From assembly GCF_030384885.1 (NCBI RefSeq), contig NZ_CP128613.1: a DNA stretch of 64,000 bases; one strand, 5' to 3'. The notes under the pieces were generated by a model that had not been told where the DNA came from, ran no database searches, and saw only the letters and a program-made list of their open reading frames with translations. The DNA is from Escherichia coli. GTDB lineage: Bacteria; Pseudomonadota; Gammaproteobacteria; Enterobacterales; Enterobacteriaceae. Of this stretch, positions 17,802 to 30,268 are shown piece by piece. The position numbers and the translations under genes are program-made. Numbering within the stretch: the first letter of the stretch is position 1; the number at the start of each line of letters is the position of its first letter.

Positions 17802-18626
17802 ATGCAGCAGTTACAGAACATTATTGAAACCGCTTTTGAACGCCGTGCCGAGATCACGCCAGCCAATGCAGACACCGTTACCCGCGAAGCGGTAAATCAG
17901 GTGATCGCCCTGCTGGATTCCGGCGCACTGCGTGTAGCGGAAAAAATTGACGGTCAGTGGGTGACGCATCAGTGGTTGAAAAAAGCGGTGCTGCTCTCTT
18001 TCCGTATTAATGATAATCAGGTGATCGAAGGGGCAGAAAGCCGCTACTTCGACAAAGTGCCAATGAAATTCGCTAACTACGATGAAGCACGTTTCCAGAA
18101 AGAAGGCTTCCGCGTCGTGCCACCAGCGGCAGTGCGTCAGGGCGCGTTCATTGCCCGTAACACCGTGCTGATGCCGTCTTACGTCAACATCGGCGCATAT
18201 GTTGATGAAGGCACCATGGTTGATACCTGGGCGACCGTCGGTTCCTGTGCGCAGATTGGTAAAAATGTCCACCTTTCCGGTGGCGTAGGTATCGGCGGCG
18301 TGCTGGAGCCGCTGCAGGCTAATCCGACCATCATTGAAGATAACTGCTTCATCGGCGCGCGCTCTGAAGTGGTTGAAGGCGTAATTGTCGAAGAAGGTTC
18401 CGTCATCTCTATGGGCGTATACATTGGTCAAAGCACCCGTATTTACGACCGTGAAACCGGCGAAATCCACTACGGTCGCGTTCCGGCGGGGTCTGTGGTT
18501 GTTTCAGGTAATCTGCCGTCGAAAGATGGCAAATACAGCCTCTACTGTGCGGTGATCGTTAAGAAAGTTGACGCGAAAACTCGCGGCAAAGTTGGCATTA
18601 ACGAACTGCTACGCACCATCGACTAA
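17802..18626 (+). CDS. dapD: Tetrahydrodipicolinate N-succinyltransferase
   Basis: Track ORF 274 aa, [41 protein letters not shown], hexapeptide repeats. Confidence 0.95.
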
Positions 18627-18636
18627 AAGTAAGTAC

Positions 18637-18667
18637 ACGGGCAGCATGAAGCTGCCCGTTTTTTTAC
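18637..18667 (+). terminator. Intrinsic terminator after dapD
   Basis: ACGGGCAGC-atgaa-GCTGCCCGT hairpin followed by TTTTTTT, read directly. Confidence 0.65.
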
Positions 18668-18675
18668 AGGGATGA

Positions 18676-19491
18676 ATGATGATCACACGCAGGCGTTTTT
18701 TACAGGCTGCCGCCGCGACGTTAACGGTGAGTTCAGGTTTCGGTTATATGCATTACCTGGAACCCGGCTGGCTTGAATTAAGCCATCACCGCTTCGCCTT
18801 TTTTGAAGAAAAAGCCGCACCATTCAAAATTCTGTTTCTGGCCGATCTCCATTACTCTCGTTTTGTTCCTTTAAGCCTGATTTCTGACGCGATTGCTCTT
18901 GGCATAGAACAAAAGCCCGATTTGATATTACTGGGCGGCGATTACGTATTATTTGATATGCCGCTGAATTTTTCGGCGTTTAGTGACGTACTCTCCCCCC
19001 TTGCCGAATGTGCGCCGACGTTTGCCTGCTTCGGCAACCACGATCGCCCTGTTGGTACAGAAAAAAATCACTTAATTGGCGAGACGTTGAAATCAGTGGG
19101 CATCACGGTGTTGTTTAACCAGGCTACGGTGATCGCCACGCCGAACAGGCAATTCGAACTGGTAGGCACCGGTGACTTATGGGCCGGACAATGCAAACCG
19201 CCTCCCGCCAGCGAAGCCAATCTGCCAAGACTGGTGCTGGCGCATAATCCCGACAGCAAAGAAGTCATGCGTGATGATCCCTGGGATCTGATGCTGTGCG
19301 GCCATACTCACGGCGGGCAACTGCGCGTACCGTTGGTTGGTGAACCTTTTGCCCCTGTCGAAGATAAACGTTACGTCGCCGGATTAAATGCCTTTGGCGA
19401 ACGACACATCTACACAACCCGCGGCGTGGGCAGTTTATATGGTTTGCGTCTGAACAGCCGCCCGGAAGTAACGATGCTGGAACTGGTGTAG
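18676..19491 (+). CDS. yaeI: Metallophosphoesterase YaeI with twin-arginine-like signal (RRRFLQAAAA)
   Basis: Track ORF 271 aa; GNHD and GHTH calcineurin-like phosphoesterase motifs; exact start (first or second ATG) uncertain. Confidence 0.85.
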   Translation: MMITRRRFLQAAAATLTVSSGFGYMHYLEPGWLELSHHRFAFFEEKAAPFKILFLADLHYSRFVPLSLISDAIALGIEQKPDLILLGGDYVLFDMPLNFSAFSDVLSPLAECAPTFACFGNHDRPVGTEKNHLIGETLKSVGITVLFNQATVIATPNRQFELVGTGDLWAGQCKPPPASEANLPRLVLAHNPDSKEVMRDDPWDLMLCGHTHGGQLRVPLVGEPFAPVEDKRYVAGLNAFGERHIYTTRGVGSLYGLRLNSRPEVTMLELV

Positions 19492-19652
19492 AACGTGAAT
19501 TTTATCGCCAGAATAAAGCAGGTAATTTTTTGATTTTTACGCCATGATAGAAGTCTGGAAGAAAAAGGCTTTCTGCGATCACAGTCGAGCCGGGCGGGCC
19601 AGGCCAAATGCTAAAATAAGCACAATTTACTGACTCATTTTGAGGTAACGCT

Positions 19653-20039
19653 ATGTACGACAATCTGAAAAGTCTGGGTATTACCAATCCTGAAGAAATT
19701 GATCGTTACAGCCTCCGGCAGGAAGCCAACAACGATATTCTGAAAATCTATTTCCAGAAAGACAAAGGCGAGTTTTTCGCCAAGAGCGTGAAATTTAAAT
19801 ATCCACGTCAGCGCAAAACGGTCGTCGCTGATGGTGTGGGTCAAGGTTATAAAGAAGTGCAGGAAATCAGCCCGAACCTGCGGTATATCATTGATGAACT
19901 TGATCAAATCTGCCAGCGTGACCGCAGCGAGGTCGATCTTAAGCGTAAGATCCTCGACGATTTACGTCACCTGGAATCAGTCGTCACTAACAAAATCAGC
20001 GAGATTGAAGCCGATCTGGAAAAACTGACGCGTAAATAA
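19653..20039 (+). CDS. yaeH: Conserved protein YaeH (DUF3461 family)
   Basis: Track ORF 128 aa [35 protein letters not shown]; position between yaeI and cdaR. Confidence 0.85.
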   Translation: MYDNLKSLGITNPEEIDRYSLRQEANNDILKIYFQKDKGEFFAKSVKFKYPRQRKTVVADGVGQGYKEVQEISPNLRYIIDELDQICQRDRSEVDLKRKILDDLRHLESVVTNKISEIEADLEKLTRK

Positions 20040-20092
20040 TGTCATTCTGTGGGCCGGGTAAAGTCTCACCCGGCTGTAATTTTGTAATCGAC

Positions 20093-21250
20093 CTACCGCT
20101 CTTCATCTAGTTGCAGCGCCACATACAGCAGCAACCTGTCATCAAAATTGCCCAAATCAAGCCCGGTCAGTTCCGATATACGATTAAGCCGATATTCCAG
20201 GGTATTACGATGGATAAACAGCGCCTTTGACGTTGCCAGCGGTTGCACATTGTGACGAAACCACGCCGCCAGCGTTCGCCGCAGTAAACCGTTATTGTCC
20301 ATCGCTTTCAGCCGCGCCAGCGGTCGCGCCAGTTCGTTGGCCTGCCAATCGCCACGCAAACTGTCGAGCAACACAGGCAACATCAAATCCTGATAAAAAT
20401 AGCAGCGACTTTCTGGCATCCGCTGTTTACCCACCACCATCGTCGTTTTCGCCGTACGATAAGAGCGGGCAATACTGCCTGGTCCGGTAAAATAGTTACC
20501 CAGCGAAACGCGAAAACGTAGCTGACCATACTCTTTCATGCGGGCAATCAGTTGTTCAACTCGCTTACGATGATCTTCTGCATCCCAGCGCCCAAACGAA
20601 TTCAACGCCGGTTTCAACACCACCATTTCGGTCAGTGAAACAATCGCCACCAGATTATTACGCTCGGGTGTAGTCAGCGCGTTTTGCAGTTGCTGTAACT
20701 CCGCCATTGCGCTATCCACGCCAAGTTGACCGCTATCGACCTCAACAATAGCCACCACTCGCGGTTGATTGAGATCGATCCCCAACCGTTGCGCCCATTC
20801 AGTGAGTGCGGGAGTATTCTCCTCCGCCTGAATCAGGTTCATCACCAGTTCTTCCCGCAAACGGCTATCCTGCGCCAACAGATGCATCAACCGCGACTGT
20901 TCCAGCATCATTTCAGCCGTCATGCAGACCAGTTCGCCATATTTACGCAGATTCTCTGGTTCACCAGTCAGGCCGATTACGCCGACAATTTCACCTTCCA
21001 GCCGTAATGGTAGATTAATCCCCTGCCGCACACCGTGCAGATGACGTGCCACCGCGTCATCGATATCGACGACTCGTCCCTGTGAAAGTACCAGCAATGC
21101 ACCTTCGTGCAATTCACCAATACGCTCACGATCGCCGCTGCCGATAATACGCCCGCGGGCATCCATTACGTTAATATTGGTATCAATGATGCGCATGGTG
21201 CGCGCCACGATATCCTGCGCCATTTTGGTATCAAGATGCCAGCCAGCCAT
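20093..21250 (-). CDS. cdaR: Carbohydrate diacid regulon transcriptional regulator CdaR
   Basis: Track ORF 20093..21268; start moved to internal MAGWHLDTKMAQDIVARTMRII (385 aa as I recall); C-terminal HTH (HRNTLEYRLNRISELTGLD). Confidence 0.88.
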   Translation of the reverse strand: MAGWHLDTKMAQDIVARTMRIIDTNINVMDARGRIIGSGDRERIGELHEGALLVLSQGRVVDIDDAVARHLHGVRQGINLPLRLEGEIVGVIGLTGEPENLRKYGELVCMTAEMMLEQSRLMHLLAQDSRLREELVMNLIQAEENTPALTEWAQRLGIDLNQPRVVAIVEVDSGQLGVDSAMAELQQLQNALTTPERNNLVAIVSLTEMVVLKPALNSFGRWDAEDHRKRVEQLIARMKEYGQLRFRVSLGNYFTGPGSIARSYRTAKTTMVVGKQRMPESRCYFYQDLMLPVLLDSLRGDWQANELARPLARLKAMDNNGLLRRTLAAWFRHNVQPLATSKALFIHRNTLEYRLNRISELTGLDLGNFDDRLLLYVALQLDEER

Positions 21251-21368
21251 AAGTCCTCCGTTATGCACGGCTTAGCATAAGGAAGTACGTAACGTACGGC
21301 ATTGTGCAAATGCCCAAAGGATGAGGAAGATGTATGGAGTTGTGGTGAAGTTCACAGATTGTAAGGAG

Positions 21369-21396
21369 AACCCCTTCCCGTTTTCAGGAAGGGGTT
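21369..21396 (-). terminator. Stem-loop just downstream of degP (putative terminator, no clear U-tract)
   Basis: AACCCCTTCC-cgttttca-GGAAGGGGTT 10-bp inverted repeat read directly. Confidence 0.4.
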
Positions 21397-21404
21397 GAGG
21401 AAGA

Positions 21405-22829
21405 TTACTGCATTAACAGATAGATGGTGCTGTCGCCGCGCTGAATATTCAGTGCCAGCACAGACGGTTTGCTGTCGAGAACTTTACGCAGTTCAGCGAT
21501 GTTTTTCACTGCCTGCTGGTTCGCACCAATAATCACATCACCTTTCTTCAGGCCGATCTGCGCAGCCGGAGTGCCCGTTTTCACGTTGTTCACCACCACG
21601 CCCTGATCTTTGCCTTTGTTGCTCATCTCAGCGCCTTCAATGCCGTTGAAGATGGTGCTGGAATCAACCTGATTCTGGCTGCTCTGCTGCAGTTCCAGGT
21701 TCACGTTAACCTGCTTCCCGTCGCGCAGTAAGCCCAGGGTCAGTTTGCTGCCTACCGGCATAGTGCCCACCTGAGCACGCAGTGCGGCAAAGCTGCTGAT
21801 TGGCTTACCGTTCAGTGAGGTGATCACATCACCCGCTTTAATGCCCGCTTTCGCGGCGGAAGAGTTCGGCAGAACCTGGCTTACAAAAGCACCGCGCTGG
21901 GCGTCAACTTTCATCGCTTTCGCCAGATCGGAGTTCAGCTCAGTGCCCATAATACCCAGCTCACCACGTTTCACCTGGCCGTATTCCACCATCTGCGAGG
22001 TCAGGTTTTTCACCATGTTGCTCGGGATAGCAAAACCGATACCGATGTTTCCGCCGTCCGGTGCGAGGATCGCGGTGTTGATACCAATCAGTTCGCCGTT
22101 CAGGTTAACCAGCGCGCCACCGGAGTTACCACGGTTGATCGCAGCATCGGTCTGGATGAAGTTTTCGTAGTTTTCAGCGTTCAGGCCGCTACGTCCCAGC
22201 GCAGAGACAATCCCGGAAGTTACCGTCTCGCCCAGACCAAACGGGTTACCAATTGCTACGGTGTAATCACCCACGCGCAGTGCATCAGAATCCGCCATCT
22301 TAATTGCGGTCAGGTTTTTCGGATTCTGGATCTGGATCAGCGCGATATCAGAGCGCGGATCTTTGCCAACCATCTTCGCCTCGAACTTACGACCATCGCT
22401 CAGCTGGACTTTAATCACCGTCGCGTTATCAACAACGTGGTTGTTGGTGACGACATAGCCTTTATCGGCATCAATGATGACGCCGGAACCCAGCGCCATG
22501 AATTTCTGTTGCTGGCCGCCGCCATTACCGCCCTGGCCCCCCTGGCAGAACGGAGAGCTCTGGAACGGAGAACCTTCCTGGCAGAACGGAGAATCATCAC
22601 CGAAGAACTGCTGGAAATTACGCGGCATACGCGGCGTATTAACGGTTGTGCTACCTTCTACGTTAATGCTGACCACTGAAGGCATCACCTTTTCGAGCAT
22701 CGGTGCAAGGCTTGGCATCTGCTGGGCTGTCGTTGCTGAAGAAGTCTCAGCCGCCGTTGCAGAGAGCGGAGATAACGCCAAACCTAAACTCAGAGCCAGT
22801 GCACTCAGTGCTAATGTGGTTTTTTTCAT
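21405..22829 (-). CDS. degP: Periplasmic serine endoprotease DegP (HtrA)
   Basis: Track ORF 474 aa; signal peptide, trypsin-like GNSGGAL active-site motif, two PDZ domains. Confidence 0.95.
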   Translation of the reverse strand: MKKTTLALSALALSLGLALSPLSATAAETSSATTAQQMPSLAPMLEKVMPSVVSINVEGSTTVNTPRMPRNFQQFFGDDSPFCQEGSPFQSSPFCQGGQGGNGGGQQQKFMALGSGVIIDADKGYVVTNNHVVDNATVIKVQLSDGRKFEAKMVGKDPRSDIALIQIQNPKNLTAIKMADSDALRVGDYTVAIGNPFGLGETVTSGIVSALGRSGLNAENYENFIQTDAAINRGNSGGALVNLNGELIGINTAILAPDGGNIGIGFAIPSNMVKNLTSQMVEYGQVKRGELGIMGTELNSDLAKAMKVDAQRGAFVSQVLPNSSAAKAGIKAGDVITSLNGKPISSFAALRAQVGTMPVGSKLTLGLLRDGKQVNVNLELQQSSQNQVDSSTIFNGIEGAEMSNKGKDQGVVVNNVKTGTPAAQIGLKKGDVIIGANQQAVKNIAELRKVLDSKPSVLALNIQRGDSTIYLLMQ

Positions 22830-22871
22830 GTATTTCAGTCTCGATTAACAGATAACGCAAAATTGCTGTGT

Positions 22872-22902
22872 TCTTCAGATTCGTTTTATAGCGCGAAGTT
22901 CC
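22872..22902 (-). promoter_or_regulatory. Candidate sigma-E (RpoE) promoter of degP
   Basis: On the minus strand GGAACTT (-35-like) then 16 nt then TCTGA (-10-like); degP is a classic sigma-E target; no experimental confirmation possible here. Confidence 0.45.
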
Positions 22903-22958
22903 GAACTAAAGTTTCTGCAAAAGGTAAAAATTTATTGTTCGTCTTTACAAAAGCCTGG

Positions 22959-24476
22959 TTATTGTTCTACGGCCATCAGACGTCGGTATTCATCCCACGC
23001 ATAGAGGTCGGTCATACCGCTGATATAATCCTGTAGCAGGCGGCAGCGGTAATAATATTCCCATAGCGGAAACTCAGGAGAATCTGACGGTAATTTACTG
23101 ACAGCCTCGACATAGGCCAGCCGATGGCGCGTCGAGAGTTTGTGGAATAAGCGCGATTCAATAGGGAAACGTTTCACCCGTTCTTTTTCTACCAGTTCAG
23201 TAAAGTCTGATAACGACAGGCTTAATAAAGGGCGATAAATCTCTAATAATCCGCTAATGACCCGATAGCCCTGCAATTCAAGCTGCTCGACATCTGGATG
23301 GCTAAACACATGTTTTACAGCGACATTTTTATATAGCTTTAGAAGATCGCTGCATTCGCTGGCATCTTCCAATAATGCATGATTAAACGTTCCGGCGAAA
23401 ATCGCAGGCAGATTATCAATAAATCGTTGTGCCGCGTAGGGTACCAGTTTATTTAGGGTGTTTACCCGTAAATACATAAAAAACTGATCTTCCGTACTGC
23501 GGCTTAAACTATTTGAGCGTGATTTTTCCCAGGCATTTTCAACCACCAGCGAAAAGAGCGAACCTTTCTCATGCTGGCCCCACGCTTCGTGCAAATGATG
23601 ATAAAGCTGCTCAACGCTGAATATTCTTTTCTCTACCGCATCTTCAAGATCTGCCACACAATAGGAGATGTCGTCGGCAGCTTCCATAATCCACGTTAAT
23701 GGAAAACGGCTGTAAAGCGCCAATTTAAGTTCTTTACGCAACCGGGCAATATAGGCTTCTTCAGAAAGATAATAACCTGGTTTTTTCATTAAATAGTGAT
23801 GCGTCTCAGGCGTTTCGCCACGCCACCACGCCGGACGGGTATATTTTAAAATACCGCCAACCTGTGCCCAGGTGAGATTCATCCGCATCAATGTATGCAC
23901 CAGACGAATACCTTGTGCATTCCCCTCAAAATGGCATAAGTCCTGACGAATTTTGCGCCGCAGTTCGTTAAGCGGTTCTTCCCCTTCCCGTAAACGTAAT
24001 GCCGCCACGCAGCAGCGATCATCGGTCAGAGGCTGGCTTTCGGCATCAGCCGGATACAAACGCTGGCGAAACCAGTCATTTATCGCCGCTTCACCAAAAT
24101 GGCCAAACGGCGGATTGCCGATATCGTGCATCAGGCATGACATCTCAACAATACTTTCAAAGGGGCCGGTCAGTTCATCCAGACCATAATCTTCCAGTAA
24201 TTTAAGCTCTTTCAGACGGCTTAAAATTTCTTTGGCGATGTAGCGCCCCACCTGCTGGACTTCCATCGAGTGGGTAAGACGCGTGCGCACGGCGGCATTG
24301 CGCTCCAGTGGAAAAACCTGGGTCTTTTGTTGCAGACGACGAATTGCCGGAGAGTTGATGATACGCCCGCGATCGCTCTCGAAGATTCGCAGGATCTCAT
24401 GTTCGGTTTTAACGCCCTGCGGTGAACGGTAACGACGATGCCAGTTTATTTTTTTTCGGAAATCAATCTGTGCCAT
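22959..24476 (-). CDS. dgt: dGTP triphosphohydrolase
   Basis: Track ORF 505 aa, HD-domain motifs ([14 protein letters not shown]). Confidence 0.95.
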   Translation of the reverse strand: MAQIDFRKKINWHRRYRSPQGVKTEHEILRIFESDRGRIINSPAIRRLQQKTQVFPLERNAAVRTRLTHSMEVQQVGRYIAKEILSRLKELKLLEDYGLDELTGPFESIVEMSCLMHDIGNPPFGHFGEAAINDWFRQRLYPADAESQPLTDDRCCVAALRLREGEEPLNELRRKIRQDLCHFEGNAQGIRLVHTLMRMNLTWAQVGGILKYTRPAWWRGETPETHHYLMKKPGYYLSEEAYIARLRKELKLALYSRFPLTWIMEAADDISYCVADLEDAVEKRIFSVEQLYHHLHEAWGQHEKGSLFSLVVENAWEKSRSNSLSRSTEDQFFMYLRVNTLNKLVPYAAQRFIDNLPAIFAGTFNHALLEDASECSDLLKLYKNVAVKHVFSHPDVEQLELQGYRVISGLLEIYRPLLSLSLSDFTELVEKERVKRFPIESRLFHKLSTRHRLAYVEAVSKLPSDSPEFPLWEYYYRCRLLQDYISGMTDLYAWDEYRRLMAVEQ

Positions 24477-24559
24477 GTCCTCTCCCGCGTGAGAAATACG
24501 CTTCCCCGTAAGCGCATGGTAAACTATGCCTTCAAATCGGGCTTATCGCGAGTAAATCT

Positions 24560-25258
24560 ATGAAAATCGGCATCATTGGTGCAATGGAAGAAGAAGTTAC
24601 GCTGCTGCGTGACAAAATCGAAAACCGTCAAACTATCAGTCTGGGCGGTTGCGAAATCTATACCGGCCAACTGAATGGAACCGAGGTTGCGCTTCTGAAA
24701 TCGGGCATCGGTAAAGTTGCTGCGGCACTGGGTGCAACTCTGCTGTTGGAACACTGCAAGCCAGATGTGATTATTAACACCGGTTCTGCCGGTGGCCTGG
24801 CGCCAACGCTGAAAGTGGGCGATATCGTTGTCTCGGACGAAGCACGTTATCACGACGCGGATGTCACGGCATTTGGTTACGAATACGGTCAGTTACCTGG
24901 CTGCCCGGCTGGCTTCAAAGCTGACGATAAACTGATCGCTGCCGCTGAGGCCTGCATTGCCGAACTGAATCTTAACGCTGTACGTGGCCTGATTGTCAGC
25001 GGCGACGCTTTCATCAACGGTTCTGTTGGCCTGGCGAAAATCCGCCACAACTTCCCGCAGGCCATTGCTGTAGAGATGGAAGCGACGGCAATCGCTCATG
25101 TCTGCCACAATTTCAACGTCCCGTTTGTTGTCGTACGCGCCATCTCCGACGTGGCCGATCAACAGTCTCATCTTAGCTTCGATGAGTTCCTGGCTGTTGC
25201 TGCTAAACAGTCCAGCCTGATGGTTGAGTCACTGGTGCAGAAACTGGCACATGGCTAA
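24560..25258 (+). CDS. mtnN: 5'-methylthioadenosine/S-adenosylhomocysteine nucleosidase
   Basis: Track ORF 232 aa, [36 protein letters not shown]. Confidence 0.95.
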   Translation: MKIGIIGAMEEEVTLLRDKIENRQTISLGGCEIYTGQLNGTEVALLKSGIGKVAAALGATLLLEHCKPDVIINTGSAGGLAPTLKVGDIVVSDEARYHDADVTAFGYEYGQLPGCPAGFKADDKLIAAAEACIAELNLNAVRGLIVSGDAFINGSVGLAKIRHNFPQAIAVEMEATAIAHVCHNFNVPFVVVRAISDVADQQSHLSFDEFLAVAAKQSSLMVESLVQKLAHG

Positions 25259-26051
25259 GTCACTGTTCAGGGCGCTGGTCGCCCTGTCTTTTCTCGCGCC
25301 GCTGTGGCTCAACGCCGCACCGCGCGTCATCACGCTTTCACCCGCCAACACTGAACTTGCTTTTGCCGCCGGGATCACGCCGGTTGGGGTCAGCAGTTAT
25401 TCCGACTACCCTCCACAAGCGCAAAAGATTGAGCAGGTTTCAACCTGGCAGGGGATGAATCTCGAACGCATTGTGGCCCTTAAACCCGATCTGGTGATTG
25501 CCTGGCGTGGAGGTAATGCCGAGCGGCAGGTTGACCAGTTAGCTTCGCTGGGAATAAAAGTGATGTGGGTCGATGCGACAAGCATTGAACAAATTGCCAA
25601 TGCGTTACGTCAACTGGCCCCCTGGAGCCCACAACCGGACAAGGCTGAACAAGCCGCGCAATCTCTGCTGGACCAGTACGCACAATTGAAAGCGCAATAT
25701 GCTGATAAACCTAAAAAACGTGTTTTTCTGCAATTCGGCATTAATCCGCCATTTACCAGTGGAAAAGAATCGATTCAAAACCAGGTACTCGAAGTTTGTG
25801 GCGGAGAAAACATCTTTAAAGACAGCCGGGTTCCCTGGCCGCAAGTTAGCCGCGAACAGGTGTTAGCACGCGCGCCACAGGCAATTATCATTACCGGCGG
25901 ACCGGACCAAATTCCTAAAATCAAACAATACTGGGGCGAACAGCTCAAAATTCCCGTTATTCCTCTCACGAGTGACTGGTTTGAACGTGCAAGCCCACGT
26001 ATTATCCTCGCTGCACAACAGCTCTGTAATGCGCTTTCACAGGTAGATTAG
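25251..26051 (+). CDS. btuF: Vitamin B12 periplasmic binding protein BtuF
   Basis: Track ORF 25224..26051; start placed at [35 protein letters not shown] (266 aa), overlapping the mtnN 3' end. Confidence 0.9.
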   Translation: MAKSLFRALVALSFLAPLWLNAAPRVITLSPANTELAFAAGITPVGVSSYSDYPPQAQKIEQVSTWQGMNLERIVALKPDLVIAWRGGNAERQVDQLASLGIKVMWVDATSIEQIANALRQLAPWSPQPDKAEQAAQSLLDQYAQLKAQYADKPKKRVFLQFGINPPFTSGKESIQNQVLEVCGGENIFKDSRVPWPQVSREQVLARAPQAIIITGGPDQIPKIKQYWGEQLKIPVIPLTSDWFERASPRIILAAQQLCNALSQVD

Positions 26052-26088
26052 CGCCTGATCTTTTCAGGTGCTCAGTGGGGATAGAACA

Positions 26089-26712
26089 ATGCTCGTCTAT
26101 TGGCTGGATATAGTCGGCACAGCGGTATTTGCCATCTCCGGCGTTTTGTTAGCCGGAAAATTGCGTATGGACCCTTTTGGTGTCCTGGTATTAGGCGTGG
26201 TTACCGCAGTAGGCGGCGGGACAATTCGCGACATGGCGCTGGATCACGGCCCGGTCTTTTGGGTGAAAGATCCCACCGATCTGGTTGTTGCAATGGTGAC
26301 CAGCATGCTGACGATCGTGCTGGTGCGCCAGCCAAGACGCTTACCGAAATGGATGTTGCCGGTGCTGGATGCCGTTGGTCTGGCGGTGTTTGTCGGCATT
26401 GGCGTGAATAAAGCCTTTAATGCGGAAGCCGGTCCGTTGATCGCGGTTTGTATGGGCGTCATTACTGGCGTTGGCGGCGGGATCATTCGTGATGTACTGG
26501 CCCGCGAAATCCCCATGATTTTACGCACAGAAATCTACGCAACGGCCTGTATTATCGGCGGTATTGTCCACGCTACGGCTTATTACACATTTTCCGTGCC
26601 CCTGGAAACAGCCAGTATGATGGGCATGGTCGTGACGCTATTGATTCGACTGGCGGCTATTCGTTGGCATCTTAAGCTACCGACGTTTGCGCTGGATGAG
26701 AATGGGCGTTGA
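26089..26712 (+). CDS. yadS: Inner membrane protein YadS (UPF0126 family)
   Basis: Track ORF 26068..26712; start placed at MLVYWLDIVGTAVFAISGVLLAGK; duplicated glycine-rich membrane repeat. Confidence 0.85.
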   Translation: MLVYWLDIVGTAVFAISGVLLAGKLRMDPFGVLVLGVVTAVGGGTIRDMALDHGPVFWVKDPTDLVVAMVTSMLTIVLVRQPRRLPKWMLPVLDAVGLAVFVGIGVNKAFNAEAGPLIAVCMGVITGVGGGIIRDVLAREIPMILRTEIYATACIIGGIVHATAYYTFSVPLETASMMGMVVTLLIRLAAIRWHLKLPTFALDENGR

Positions 26713-26721
26713 AGAGTGAAG

Positions 26722-26748
26722 ATGTGCCGGATAGTTTATCCGGCACAT
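26722..26748. terminator. Stem-loop between convergent yadS and erpA (possible bidirectional terminator or partial REP)
   Basis: GTGCCGGAT-agttt-ATCCGGCAC inverted repeat read directly. Confidence 0.4.
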
Positions 26749-26758
26749 GAACAACAGA

Positions 26759-27103
26759 TTAGATGCTGAAGGAAGAACCGCAACCGCAGGTGCTTTTCGC
26801 GTTCGGGTTGGTCACGATGAAACGAGAACCTTCCAGACCTTCGGTATAGTCAACAGAACCGCCGACCAGATATTGCAGGCTCATCGGGTCAACCACCAGG
26901 CCAACGCCCTGTTTTTCGATGGTCATATCGCCTTCGTTCACCTGATCATCAAAGGTGAAACCATACTGGAAGCCGCTACAACCGCCACCGGTGATATACA
27001 CGCGTAATTTCAGATTCGGGTTATCTTCGTCAGCGATCAGGCTTTTAACTTTGTTGGCTGCTGCGTCGGTAAACTCCAGCGGCAGTGCTACGTCATCACT
27101 CAT
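26759..27103 (-). CDS. erpA: Iron-sulfur cluster insertion protein ErpA (A-type carrier)
   Basis: Track ORF 26759..27136; start placed at [22 protein letters not shown] (114 aa); C-terminal CGCGSSF motif. Confidence 0.9.
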
Positions 27104-27184
27104 ATTTTGCTCCAAACGACATCGGCAATTGGGCAAATTCTAACCCAATAATAATCGCCATTATCTAATACCCTGGTATTTCGT

Positions 27185-28624
<1,440 letters not shown>

Positions 28625-28830
28625 TCATACAAATAAGATGACGGCATTTTACTCGCACGTTCCATGAAAATCCTTTGCAAAGCGTAATGTTTCAAATGCA
28701 CAAAACTTTTATACTCTAAGAAATCAGGATTGTACCAGTACAAGCAACCTGACGTTTGACGAGTATTTAACTTGTTATGAATAACATAGAATAGCAGCCA
28801 TTCACTTTTTCTACGAATCAGGAACCCTCC

Positions 28831-30111
28831 ATGAGTAAGTCTGAAAATCTATACAGCGCAGCGCGCGAGCTGATCCCTGGCGGTGTGAACTCCCCTGTTC
28901 GCGCCTTTACCGGCGTGGGCGGCACTCCACTGTTTATCGAAAAAGCGGACGGCGCTTATCTGTACGATGTTGATGGCAAAGCCTATATCGATTATGTCGG
29001 TTCCTGGGGGCCGATGGTGCTGGGCCATAACCATCCGGCGATCCGCAATGCCGTGATTGAAGCCGCCGAACGCGGTCTGAGCTTTGGCGCACCGACCGAA
29101 ATGGAAGTGAAAATGGCGCAACTGGTGACCGAACTGGTCCCGACCATGGATATGGTGCGCATGGTGAACTCCGGCACCGAAGCGACGATGAGCGCCATCC
29201 GCCTGGCCCGCGGTTTTACCGGTCGCGACAAAATCATTAAATTTGAAGGTTGTTACCACGGTCACGCTGACTGCCTGCTGGTAAAAGCCGGTTCTGGCGC
29301 ACTCACGTTAGGCCAGCCAAACTCGCCGGGCGTTCCGGCAGATTTCGCCAAACATACCTTAACCTGTACTTATAACGATCTGGCTTCTGTACGCGCCGCG
29401 TTTGAGCAATACCCGCAAGAGATTGCCTGTATTATCGTCGAGCCGGTGGCAGGCAATATGAACTGTGTTCCGCCGCTGCCAGAGTTCATGCCGGGTCTGC
29501 GTGCGCTGTGTGACGAATTTGGCGCGTTGCTGATCATCGATGAAGTGATGACCGGTTTCCGCGTAGCGCTGGCTGGCGCGCAGGATTATTACGACGTGGT
29601 GCCAGACCTCACCTGCCTGGGCAAAATCATCGGCGGTGGAATGCCAGTAGGCGCATTCGGTGGTCGTCGTGATGTGATGGATGCGCTGGCCCCAACCGGT
29701 CCGGTCTACCAGGCGGGTACGCTTTCCGGTAACCCGATTGCGATGGCAGCCGGTTTCGCCTGTCTGAATGAAGTCGCGCAGCCGGGCGTTCACGAGACGC
29801 TGGATGAGCTGACAACACGTCTGGCAGAAGGTCTGCTGGAAGCGGCAGAAGAAGCGGGAATTCCATTGGTCGTTAACCACGTTGGCGGCATGTTCGGTAT
29901 TTTCTTTACCGACGCCGAGTCCGTGACGTGCTATCAGGATGTGATGGCCTGCGACGTCGAGCGCTTTAAGCGTTTCTTCCATATGATGCTGGACGAAGGT
30001 GTTTACCTGGCACCGTCAGCGTTTGAAGCGGGCTTTATGTCTGTGGCGCACAGCATGGAAGATATCAATAACACCATCGATGCTGCACGTCGGGTATTTG
30101 CGAAGTTGTGA
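28831..30111 (+). CDS. hemL: Glutamate-1-semialdehyde 2,1-aminomutase
   Basis: Track ORF 426 aa, [26 protein letters not shown]...; PLP aminotransferase class III. Confidence 0.95.
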   Translation: MSKSENLYSAARELIPGGVNSPVRAFTGVGGTPLFIEKADGAYLYDVDGKAYIDYVGSWGPMVLGHNHPAIRNAVIEAAERGLSFGAPTEMEVKMAQLVTELVPTMDMVRMVNSGTEATMSAIRLARGFTGRDKIIKFEGCYHGHADCLLVKAGSGALTLGQPNSPGVPADFAKHTLTCTYNDLASVRAAFEQYPQEIACIIVEPVAGNMNCVPPLPEFMPGLRALCDEFGALLIIDEVMTGFRVALAGAQDYYDVVPDLTCLGKIIGGGMPVGAFGGRRDVMDALAPTGPVYQAGTLSGNPIAMAAGFACLNEVAQPGVHETLDELTTRLAEGLLEAAEEAGIPLVVNHVGGMFGIFFTDAESVTCYQDVMACDVERFKRFFHMMLDEGVYLAPSAFEAGFMSVAHSMEDINNTIDAARRVFAKL

Positions 30112-30121
30112 TCCAGCATGG

Positions 30122-30212
30122 TTTGTCGGATGCGGCGTAAACGCCTTATCCGACCTACAGATCAGGACCGTTTGTAGGCCCGATAAGACGCCACAGCGTC
30201 GCATCGGGCATC
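30122..30212. repeat. REP/BIME element (two inverted REP copies) downstream of hemL
   Basis: TGTCGGATGCGGCGTAAACGCCTTATCCGACCTACA and inverted copy TGTAGGCCCGATAAGACGCCACAGCGTCGCATCGGGCA match the REP consensus family. Confidence 0.7.
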
Positions 30213-30268
30213 CGTTGCCGCGTAAAAGCTTTATCCATCCAGGAGTTAAGGGCCGTTATATGGAAAAA

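Noticed and set aside
21369-21396. degP downstream hairpin as a canonical rho-independent terminator
   Set aside because: Stem is strong (10 bp) but there is no U-tract on either side; kept only as a low-confidence stem-loop.
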